Shown here: positions 1 through 11,100 of the stretch, in pieces
Numbering within the stretch: the stretch's first letter is position 1
Layout of the letters: the number at the start of each line of letters is the position of its first letter
Assembly: GCF_021028975.2 (NCBI RefSeq)
Contig: NC_059426.1
Location: 123,132,001-123,196,000 of the forward strand
Length of the DNA stretch: 64,000 bases
Reading direction: 5' to 3'
Source: Sphaerodactylus townsendi
Taxonomy: Eukaryota
Position numbers and translations under genes: made by a program
The notes under the pieces: model-generated
The model's input: only the letters and a program-made list of their open reading frames with translations
Databases searched by the model: none
What the model was told of the DNA's origin: nothing

Positions 1-496
1 GCACTTCTGTCGATGAATTGCAGAAGTTTTCAACAGCTGACTTCAAACCCACGCTGGAAGTTCTTTAGTAATTCACGCCGAGCGGGAATTTTCGTCCAAT
101 TCAGCATGTGCACTTTACAAACCCTCAGGTTTCTCATCGGGACGCTTGTGTTCAACGCGTTTGCATACACAGGACAGGCGAACTGAGTTCAAAACACAAG
201 TACACACCCCGCCATTTACGAACAGGCCAAGCTTTCACTGAGATACAACTAGTTTTCGCTAACTGGACATATCTTGCTGCTGCAGTTTAGAATTCTTTGC
301 AAAGAAACGCAGCAACCAGCATCATGAGTTCATCGGTCAACAATGACTTGGGGGCAATGATGATCCTTCTGTCTACCTAGTGTAGCAAGATGCAGGAGAT
401 ATCTACCTTTATTTCTTAGCTTACTTACCTGTTCACATCTGCTGGCATTTGTGGCCTATTGGTGAAATGCTTTTCTTGCCTATAGGCCCATGATAG

Positions 497-517
497 TACA
501 CACACACACACACACAC
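497..517. repeat. (AC)n microsatellite
   Basis: About 10 AC units. Confidence 0.9.
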
Positions 518-1922
518 CCCTGCCCGAAACCTGGGCTTCTCTCAGAATTATAACTGATCCTCTGGAGAAAACTACAACTTTAGAGGGCAGTTGAAGAAGT
601 TCAAGTATGGCTAGGAAGATAGATGCTTTGGGACTTCTGTTTCTGTTACAGAGGTAACATAATCTCTGAGCCTCATCCCCTGCTCAAACTGTTTCCCAGG
701 TACCACTTGCAAATTTCCAGACATTTCCTAAACTGGAATTGGCTATTTTAGATCATTTGACAGACAAGATAGAAACAAACAAAATAGTTGGCTTACACTC
801 AATATTCAATGACCTAACAACAGAATCTTTAGTATTTAGAGTATCTTAAACAGGAATAGGCAAGGAAATGCTTCTAAATTAAGAAAGTGTGAAAGTAAAA
901 ATGCTTTCATTTGTGTTGCAGAACAGTTTTAAGGCAATCAGATCAGATCAAATGATTAAAAACATAAAGACTGTTACACAGAACATATGAAGCTAGCTTA
1001 TATTGTATCAGAACATTGGTCCATTGAGGTTAATATTGTCTGGAAATGGCTCTCTAGGATCTCCACATCACCCAACTTTTAGCTGAAGATTGAACCATAA
1101 ATCTTCTGTAAATCAAGCAGACGCTTTAGTACTAATCTACAACCCTTTCCTGGATGACATGAAGATAAGCAGTGCATTTTTGTCAGAATCATATAAACCA
1201 GAATTACAATTTATTTCCAGATAACCAAGATCAGTTCCTCAGGAGAAAATAGCAGCTTTGGAGAATGGGTGCTGTGGTGTTATGCCACACTGAGATCCAT
1301 CCCCTCCCCCATGCCACCCGCAAATCTCCAGGAATTTCCCTGGAGTTGGCAACTCTAGGAACAGAGCATAATTTCTCCTGTATTCCCTCCCTATTTTCTG
1401 TTTTCCTTCCCTGCAGCTCCTCATAGCGTTTCCCAGTTTTCTTCTTTTCTTCCCATACACTAGCCACCCTACCATTATTTGTCCCAATGTCTTCATCTTT
1501 TCCTCCTCTTCTTCTGGCAGTCTCCTTCTGGAAGAATCTGGCCATGGCATCATGGCCACAGGGCTCAGCTGTGTAGTGGGTGCCATCACTGGGCCAGAAC
1601 AGTTGAGAGATGGCTGCAAGTAGGCCAGGACAGTTATGTGTTGGTTGCTATTAACAGTCGCATGGTGGCCACTGTCAGGCTTGTCCCCAGCAAGTAGCCT
1701 TCCATCAAGGAACCTGACAAAAGTGTGAGACAAGTCCTTTTCCAGTGCTGTTTTGGCCTCCAAGTTACACAGGCATTGTTCCTATTATTTTGAGGAGTTT
1801 TAACCTGCAATTTTAGATTTTTTCTATAAACCTGGGACATACTTCAGATATGCAGAGAAATCCAGTTCCTGTCCCTAGATCCATGTTGTTGATCTATTAA
1901 TCATATACTCTATGGCACGCAG

Positions 1923-2180
1923 AGAGCCAACTTGGTGTAGTGGTTAAGGTGTCAAACTAAGACCTGGGAAACCCAGGTTCAAATCCCTACTTGTGCCACG
2001 GAAGCTTGCTGGGTGATCTTTGGCCAGTCACAAACTCTCAGCCCTGACCTGGAGACCTCCAAGAAATACCAGGGTCGTGACCTGGAAGCAGGCAATGGCA
2101 AACCACCTCTATACCTCTCTTGCCTCGAAAACCCTATGGGGCCACTATAAGTCAGCTGTGAATTGACAGCAAAAAAGAAA
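1923..2180 (+). mobile_element. tRNA-derived SINE with RTE/Bov-B-like tail
   Basis: A box TGGTGTAGTGG, B box GGTTCAAATCC, GGCAATGGCAAACCAC tail. Confidence 0.8.
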
Positions 2181-2436
2181 AGGCACAACATTCTGAATTA
2201 AATATATGATGGTATGTGCTAGATAAAAATGAGTAAGAAGGTAAACTATGGGTATACTAGTTCACCTCATGTCCACCCATGGCGGCATCTGAGAACTATA
2301 TTTCTATATTGATAGAGTAGTATGAGAATTACTGAATGGGTAGAACTCCTGTGTAGACTATCCCTATCTACCTCACACCCTATAGTTACTTTACACTTCT
2401 AGCCTCTTTCTGTACTCTTCTTGGGGTAAAGAAAGT

Positions 2437-2650
2437 TTATTTATATCCTGTTTTCTCTCCCAATGGAAACCCAAGGCAGCTTTCAATATCATTCTCTTCT
2501 TCCATGACATCATAACAACCCTGTGAAGAACAATAACTGAGAGTCAGTGAGTTGGAAAAGGTAACCCAGCAAGCTTCCATAGGAGAGTGGAGATTCAAGT
2601 CCAGGTCTCCCTGACACTAGTCCAATACTCTAATCAACAAACCACCTTGG
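2437..2650 (-). mobile_element. Old tRNA/MIR-like SINE (similar copies at 5233-5420, 19615-19815, 21512-21645, 49285-49480)
   Basis: ACAACCCTGTGA..ACCCAGCAAGCTTCCAT..GATTCAA pattern. Confidence 0.7.
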
Positions 2651-2680
2651 GGCTGTTGAGGATAGCTCTAAGAAAATGTT

Positions 2681-3442
2681 AGCCAATTACAGAGAAAGCT
2701 TAACTTGGGACTTTTCTCTGCACAGTGGGCTTGTGGAGGGCTCTCCTTGCAGTGCTCTGTTGACACACGAGGAGTTAGCCCAGTGCTCTCCCCACAGCTG
2801 CTTGCTGAAGTCTCAACCAGCCTCTCCTTTTGCTGCTTCTCTTAACTTCACCCATCAAGAGCTTTAATGGCATAGATTTCACTGATATTCTCTTGCCCTC
2901 CTGGACACACACACAATCTTTCGCTGCTGCAAGAGATAGAGGCTTGTTTTTAAAATAAAAGCTTGTCTGAAAAAAAGATTTTAAAATGTCCTCACAATCA
3001 TCTTGGAGGGCAGAAACAGAACGGGGCAGATGGGGTGATGCCAGAAAGAGACCCTACTTGTGCTGTTCCTTTGCAAAAGCCAACTTTGTTATTACTATAT
3101 TGATGTATCAATACAAGCATTTAGAGAAGCAGAAAGGAGTTGGCAACAGAGAGGAGGAGTGGGAGAGGGAAGCATGCAAAGCAGTGCGAGGGAGTGGGAG
3201 GGTGAGACTAGGTGGGTTGGTTGTGGGTGGAGGGAAGAGATCCAGGGCATAGCTGTGCCCACTGGCAAGTCTGCCTGCTCTGGCTGCAAAACAAAATTAA
3301 ATTCATGCTAGAAGTGGTCTCACTTGCTGTGGGGAGAATATAAAGTGAAAGCGGAACTTGAGAAAATACGTCTGTACAAGAAATTTTGCAAAGATGCACA
3401 TTTGCCGCCATCATGCAGCAGATGCCTTGTGTGTAATTGGCC
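2681..3442. mobile_element. MITE related to 5487-7030
   Basis: TIR-like AGCCAATTACA / TGTAATTGGCC; 3150-3442 resembles the reverse complement of 6353-6660. Confidence 0.7.
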
Positions 3443-3807
3443 ATTGATACAACATTAGGTAGCTGTGAAAGGCAAATTTCAAACCAGGGACTATTAAAAA
3501 AAGGGCTGAAAACAAAACAACCACTGTTATAATGTCATTATGTGGATCTATAGTAACTTCATTTGGAATACTAAGTACAGTTCTGGTTTGTGTACCTAAA
3601 AAAAGATATTGCAGAGGTGGAAAAAGTGTAGAAGAGAGGTCAACCAAGATGAGTACTCAATGAGATGGATCTCTGATCCAGCACAGCGATTCTTATATTC
3701 TACAACATCACTTGATCCCTATGAATGGCTGGAATCCTAATTTCTGCTTTAGCATATCCTAATTTAGCTACATCCAAGTATATTTGTAATCATAGTACTA
3801 ATATTGG

Positions 3808-4070
3808 CTAAGTGTGGTAGATTTTAATCTGGAGAACCGGGTTTGATTCCCCACTCCTCCACCTGAGTGGCAGAGGTTTATCTGGTGAACAGCACTCCTA
3901 CATTCCTTCTGTGTGACCTTGGGCTAGTCACAGTTCTTTCGAACTTTCTCAGCTCCAACTACCTCACAAGGTGTCTGTTGTGGGGAGAGGAAGAGAAAGG
4001 AGCTTGTAAGCCACCTTGAGTCTTCTTACAGGAGAGAGAGGTGGGATATAAATCCAAACTCTTCTTCTTT
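3808..4070 (+). mobile_element. tRNA-derived SINE (Squam3-like, CTT tail)
   Basis: GGTTTGATTCCCC B box; ATAAATCCAAACTCTTCTTCTT end. Confidence 0.85.
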
Positions 4071-5015
4071 TAACATTTATTTGCTCAAGTTCAGAGGCGT
4101 TTACGGCCTTTAACCGAGTTAGCTTCACAACAGCTACATATAAGACAGCTTGTTATATTTCAGGTTATAAACACAGAATTGATGTTGAAACATACAGACT
4201 TGCTCAAAATCACCCAGTAAATTAATACTTGTTCTAACTATTTATTATTCTTAAGTCTACAAAATGACCCACAGACTAAATATTACTAGCTGACGACAAA
4301 GAGAAATCAGAATGATTAACATATCTGAATCCTATGTTTGATTGGAATACACTTGTCTCAGCACTTTTGAGACAATACAGTTCCTAATTTCCACTATTTC
4401 TATGAATTTTCTTCCACTTATATAGTAGCTTTTTAGGCCCAAAAAATGTTTAGATAATGTACTTGCTTAAATAACCATGATGTTTTCATAACTTTCCAGA
4501 AATTGCAATTCACTGTAGGACAATCACAGAAACTTCAATCTATTTGTTATACAAAAAAGAGCAGGTTTGCAGTTCATGGTGCTTGGGAAGAAATAATAAT
4601 CTCATTTTATAGTCTGATACTTTTATTGAACTTCAATACACAAAAATATCCTCACTTGCAAAAACAGGTAGGCGTAAAACATCGGGTTACTTACTTCCAA
4701 ATATTGGACATAGATATATGAAGATAATGCTAAATAATGTCATAGGATTTCTGCATTAAAATACTCCTCAGGAAATTTTAATGGCCTTTGGCCTGCTTAT
4801 TTAACATTCCAGTGGATAATTTCTGAGCACATATTAGGTATACATATAAATATATAAATATTCATGTCAGAAGAAAAGACAAATAATTGCATATTTGAGA
4901 GCAAGAACAAAATATGCCTCTGTTGCATGAATCATATAAAACTGTTGAACAGCCACCCTGTTACCTTTCATTCTGTTTGGGATGGGAGGAAACAGGAGAA
5001 ATAAAGAGAGTGTTA

Positions 5016-5171
5016 TTAGGGAGTTCCACTTCTGAACAAAGAATCTGATACAACAGTCAACTGAGAGTTAAAACAGAAGATTCCCATTTGTTTTTCTCTC
5101 CACTTAAATATTTGTTCAGCCAGTTCTTCAGTCTCTGTCACCAACAAATCCATCTTTGTTAATTCACTGTC
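5016..5171 (-). CDS. HAUS2: HAUS2 last coding exon (51 aa + TAA)
   Basis: TCCAG|GAC; [20 protein letters not shown]; stop at 5016-5018. Confidence 0.93.
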   Translation of the reverse strand, partial: DSELTKMDLLVTETEELAEQIFKWREKQMGIFCFNSQLTVVSDSLFRSGTP

Positions 5172-8100
5172 CTGGAATATAATGTAAGAATAATTAAATT
5201 TCAAATAGAGGAACATTTTGTTCAACATGCGCATTTATTTCCTGCCATTCTTCCAAGGAGTTCAAGCTGGTGTACATATTTCTCCCCTTTCTTTTATGGC
5301 AGTGCAAAACCTTGAGAAGTAGGCGAGCCTGACAGCAAAGAAACCCTGGCCCAAGGGCATTCAGCGAGCTTCACGGTAGAATGTGGCTTCCCAGATCCTA
5401 ATCTAATGCACTAACCACTCCTTTGAATGACAAAAAGAAAATGTTCTAGGAAAAAATCATAGTGAACAAAATATAACTGCTTCAATGGCTGATTACGCAC
5501 AGAGGGGTTTCTCCCATTGGGCAAAGTGGGCAGTTGCCCAGGGCGCAGCCTTGTGGGGGGCGCAAAAACAGCAGGTTTGTTTGTGGGATTTTTTGTATTT
5601 TCAGTGTTTTTCCAATTTTGGCCTGCAGAGGGCATAGTTTTTAGGCTAGCTGCGCACCACCAAAATTTCAAGGATTTTTCAGGAGACTCTCCTGATAATA
5701 TCACCCAGGTTTGGTGAGGTTTGGTTTAGGGAGTCCAGTTATGGACTCCCAAAGGGAGTGCCCCCATCCCCCATTGTTTCCAATGGGAGCTAATAGGAGA
5801 TGGGGGCTACACCTTTGAGGGTCCATAACTTTGGACCCCCTGAACCAAACTTCCTGGCTCCTATTTAAACCTAGAGACCCCCAGATTCTCCCTTTAAGGT
5901 GGATTTAAAAGGAGAATCTGGGCTCCCTAATTTAAACACCACTGAAAATAATGTTGTTTGGGGGTGGATTCCAATATCACTTGTTTAAACTAGGGAGCCC
6001 AGATTCTCCTTTTAAATCCACCTTAAAGGGAGAATCTGGGGGCTCTGAGACTAAACTAACTTTGTTGAAGTGATGCTGTTTTAATTAGAGGGGGGGACTG
6101 GATACAACACCATAACATGTTTTCATAGCAGTAATAAAACATTTTGAAAGCATTTTGAAAATGTTTTCACAAAAATATTTCTGCTGTGTTCAGATTTGTG
6201 AGTTGGGGCATGTTCTATAATGTGATGGTGACTTTGAAACAACCTGGTGGAAAAAATCTTTGTGTGGTCACGGTGGGGGAGGGTGGCGGTCCATGGGGGG
6301 GCATCAAACCCAGGTTTTGCCCAGGACTCCAGTTTGCCTAGGTATGCCACTGATTACGCACGAGGTGTTTGCTATGGGGTAGAGGCAAATGTCAGCCACG
6401 GCAAGATTTTTTGTACGGATGTATTTCTTCTAGCCCCACTTTCTCTTTCTACTCTTTCTCTGTGGCAAGCAAATCCACCTATAACACAAATTTAATTTTG
6501 TTTCACTGCCAGACCAGGATAGATTTGCCAGTGGGCACAACTTTGCTTTGGACCTCTTCCCTCTGCCCACAGCCAGTCCGCCTAGTCTTAGCCCCCACTC
6601 CCTCACACTAGTTTGCACGCTTCCCCTTTGCCCTTATTGTCCTTTTGCAGTTTGCATGCCGCCATAACCACCACCACCCAGCCTGATTTCCCATCATAAA
6701 AGATAATCAGTGTTTGGGCAAAGTATACAAATGCCATATTCAATACTTTTCTTTAATAGTTTGCCTTTTTATGTTGATATAGCAATAGATCTATTGGTAA
6801 GATTAAAGATAAAAATTAATCATATTTAAAATTAAAACAAGCATGCACAATAGAGAACCAGCAAAACATTGCCGCTCCCCCCAACACAAGCAAAAAGTCA
6901 GCTGATGGGTAATGCCGCCTTGCTGCAAATGGGGAGTGATTAGGTGTGTTCTAATGCCAAGCATTGCAGAACTTAAGGAATGCAGTAATTCTCTCTGAAG
7001 TTGTGGGAACCTCACTATGCATAATCAGCCAATATTTGTCACACACTACAGAGTGACATCCGTTCACACTGTTTCAGGTAAGATGGCTGTGCACAGTCTC
7101 TCTTATTACAGGGGAAGCTAAGTAGTACTTAGTTGTCTTTACACACATTGTCTCATAACAAAGACCTGAGTTATAACTATTCTGAAACCAAGAAAATTTA
7201 ATCTTGAGATTTCCAGCTCATACGGTTACAACTATAAACCAGCTGCAGATTGTTGAGGAAAATTGCTACACAAAATTGTCTCATTTGCTACTCACCATTT
7301 TCTTTATAGTCGGAGGTATTTGAGGAATGCTCCTTATTGCTATTAGACGAGTTTCTAGTTTTTGAATGGAAACCACTGCCAGCGCTAACAACTTTACAGC
7401 ATATCTGGAGCATAAGGAACAAGTGCAGATAAGACATGCAATTACAAAACTTAAATTCCATCATTTAAGAAATTGCATCTGGTAGGCTACTAATATTGCT
7501 AGTCTTACAAAAGCTTGTAAATTCAGGCAAAGAAAATCCATCCCCCCACCCCCCCAAGTTTGAATTATGTCTGAGCCAAGCACAAATTCATTAACTGTAC
7601 ATTAATATATGTTTTACATTGCTGATATACAATGTAATTGTTACACTTGTACTAAAACTATCAGAAATATATTAAGACACCTACTCTGGAGGATAGGGTA
7701 GAAGAGGGGAGAACAATGTGACAAGACTTTGTAAGTCCCAGAAAAGTGGGATTTAGATTTTAAAAAGCAAACCAGAAATATTATTTGTAAGTGGATTATG
7801 TCAATACTATATTTCATTTGTAGAAGAACAAGTTAAACATAGGTTGGACTGTTTGTTAATGGCTTACCTGTGAAAGTCAGCTTCAATGGGCAGACTGTCT
7901 TGACACAATGATTTCATTAGCCTCTGCCTAAGAGCTCTTTTCTCTTTCAACACTGCATCTAGGTGCCTATTCATCCCTTGAAGAACTTGGCATTTCTGAG
8001 CTATACAAGATTAAAAAGTATTTTGTCAAAATTTAATCAGCTTCTACTTCAGTGTATGTCCTTTGTAAAATATATTGGGTTAGATCCAGTGGACTTTTCC

Positions 8101-11100
8101 ACAAGTGGAACAATTTTCACTTTCAAAGCATGACTTTTCTACTGCTATGTATAACATACTAAAACATTCCCAAGCACAGGATTGTGGACTTCCATGGTAG
8201 GAAGAAAGTCTATGGGAAAAAACCTTCCACCTGTCAAAAAACTCCAGTGGATTGAAGCCATTTGGTTTTTCAAAGGCACATATTTATAAAATACTAACAT
8301 TAATTACGTTAACCTGTATTTTGTAACAAAAAAACATAAATCATTCAGCATCTGAAAATCATGTCAAGACATTCTTTATCAAGGAGATTCTGAAGAAAAC
8401 AGCAGCAACAGATAAAGCCCAAGTGTTCCCCACCCATGTTGGGGTTCCACAGAAATTTACGAAAGGTCCTTTGACAAGATGAGCAATAACACACAGGCTG
8501 CTGAAAAAGGCAATTAGTCCAGCATTACTAGATTAGTATGATTTAGAGGTATTTGGGATGATAGAAATTTTGAAAATCACTGTAGCTGAAAAAGAGAATT
8601 TATGCTGAAAGCAACTATGCATAGAAGAATGGCTATAAATAGACAATAAAGGGGTTTCTAAAAGGCATGATATCTTAGAAATTATTAGTTATAAGAACAC
8701 AAACCATTATTTGTTTAAAAGTGAACATATACAAGGACGCCTTATATTTGTCTACTGGATGCTTCAGGTTTGGGTGTTTCTGTCAGGAATGGCCTTCCAT
8801 TTCTTCTTCTTTGTGAGACCTTGCCCAGATTGTTGCACTTTGGCTACTAGATGTTTCTTGGAAAATCAAATGCTTGGTCAGCAGTAACCAGTGGCGTACT
8901 GCCCTAGGGTCATGGGGACACCCAAGTCCCTGGGCACACGCCTTTCGGTCACATGGGGGGGGGGGCACTGGACACCCTCCTCACGTGGTCAAATGGCATG
9001 TGCCCCTGCCCCCCAGGAGCCGGCCTGCAGGGAGGCGGGAAGGTGGGGCTCAGCAGTGGGCTGCTGTGGCATCTGCCTGCCGCCTCCCCGCAGGAAAGCT
9101 AACTTTCTAAAGTTTTCAAAAGCCAGCTTCCCTGCATGGAGGCAGGAAGGTGGGCCTCGGAAGCATGGCCCCACCTCCTCCCCATGCCAGGGGGTGTGAC
9201 TTGGGAGGCATGGCCCCGCCCCCAGTCTCCATGCAGGAAAGCTGGCTTTCAAAAGCTGGCATTCCTGCACAGAGGCGAAGGGGGCGTAGCTTAGGACATG
9301 GCTCTGCATGCCCTGTGCCTGGGGGTGTAGCTTGAGGGAGTGGCCCAGCCCCCGGCCTCAGTGTAGGAAAGCCAGCTTTTGAAAGGAGTTGTCTCCAGGT
9401 GCCATTTCCTCCCCATACGCCTCTGGCAGTAACCAAGATAGTTCTAGAGACTACTTAACCAAACACACTATTAATAATTCTTGCAATGACCAGAAAAATA
9501 GAAGCTTAGTAAAGATAGAACTTAAATTAAACCCAGTATTCACAGCTCTTAGAAGCAAATAATTGTCTTCAACAACGATACACTTACTCAGGTAGAATGG
9601 ATGAACAATATCTGCTGTTTCTTTTTCTATCTGCAAGATTTCAGTATCCAGATTGTTCTACATGCAATGAAATAGACACACTTTATTTCCATGCAACATG
9701 CTCAATCACTTGCCACTGGTTTGATATATATCTTACCGTCTTCAAGGACTTAAACACAGATAATTTAGTGTCGGTGAGAGCCAGTATATTTGGATGAATT
9801 GATTAGAAATCTGTTCATTGAAATGCCATCTACCCTTAACATCATCTCTTCTTAGGGTTGCTTACCTACTGGTGGCAGCTAGAGACCTCCCTCTATTAAC
9901 AACTGATCTCCATGCAACAGAGATCAGTTCTGCTGGAGAAAATGGCTGCTTTAGAAGGTGAATTCTATGGTATTATACCCCATAGAAGTCTGTCCTCTCC
10001 CCAAACACTGTCCTCCTCAGGCTCTACTCCCAAAATACCTAAGCATTTCCTAACATGGAGCTGGCAACTCTGTGGCAGGTTCCACATGGGCCAAAAACAG
10101 TGGTGTAAAAACAGTGTAAATGGGTTTACATCGTTTTCACACCACTGTTTTTGGCCCATGCGGAATCCTCCTAACTCTTCTGAAAGTAAATTCCAGTACT
10201 AGTACTAGCTTCAGCCTCAATTTTCTAGTCTCCTTCTGTTGTCAACAGCTGATATTTCCACTTGAATAGGTGAAGCATTTCTTCAGATATTTTCAGGAAA
10301 ATAAAAATTCCTAAATATCAGAATAATTTCTAAAATGGATTAAAGAGGCAGGAAGACAACATTAGTTTTTGCAGTCAAGCATAGTTTACTACCATTTCTG
10401 TACTAGGTGATAGCTTTTCAAGGTAAATTCCTTGCTAATACAACTGTTAATAAATATGGTACAAAACCACAAAGACAAACCAATGTTTGGGCCTGAGAAA
10501 ATGAGGTAAAATGATCTGAGAAGTCTTTAATAAAAAGGGAGATTTTCAAAAATCACAGGTCTTTGGAACAACAATGAGAAGGTAAAGGGAGTATCTAGGT
10601 GAACCATTCTACATTCTCTCTTTTAAAGTTGTTGATAAAGAGCAATTTTACCATTATATCACATCACATGTATAGTCCAGAGGAAACTGTATTTATTTTT
10701 GTCTTCATGACCAGAAGGAATTTGGTCATAATATCAAAATATTATTTTACCTGGTTGATTTCAGCTTGGTGGTCAACAATTTGTTCTGCCTCTGACAGAT
10801 GAACCAAGCAAGGTCTTGGTTTACCACATGCATCAAGAGTTTCCTGTAATGGTATTATAAAAGTTCACTACAGAGGCATATCTAGGGAAAATGGAACCCG
10901 AGGGTAAAAATCTGAGTTTTGCGCCACCCCCATGGGCGGCTGCCCTCCCCCACGTTGACCAAACAATGATTTTTTACACCACGTCATTTCAAAGTCACTA
11001 TCACATTATAGAACATGCCCCAACTCACAAATCTGGACACAGCAATGGGCCATACCACACAGCAGAAATATTTTTTTTGAAAACATTTTCAAAATGCTTT

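Noticed and set aside
1-310. Mildly CpG-enriched window start, possibly flanking the STARD9 promoter expected by synteny
   Set aside because: No exon or motif evidence inside the window
1239-1763. 174-aa ORF
   Set aside because: Runs across an L2 remnant, a purine/pyrimidine tract and a MITE; non-ATG start; no homology recognised
1923-2000. tRNA-like A and B boxes (also at 13895-13970 and 49874-49940)
   Set aside because: SINE heads that continue into SINE body; no full cloverleaf
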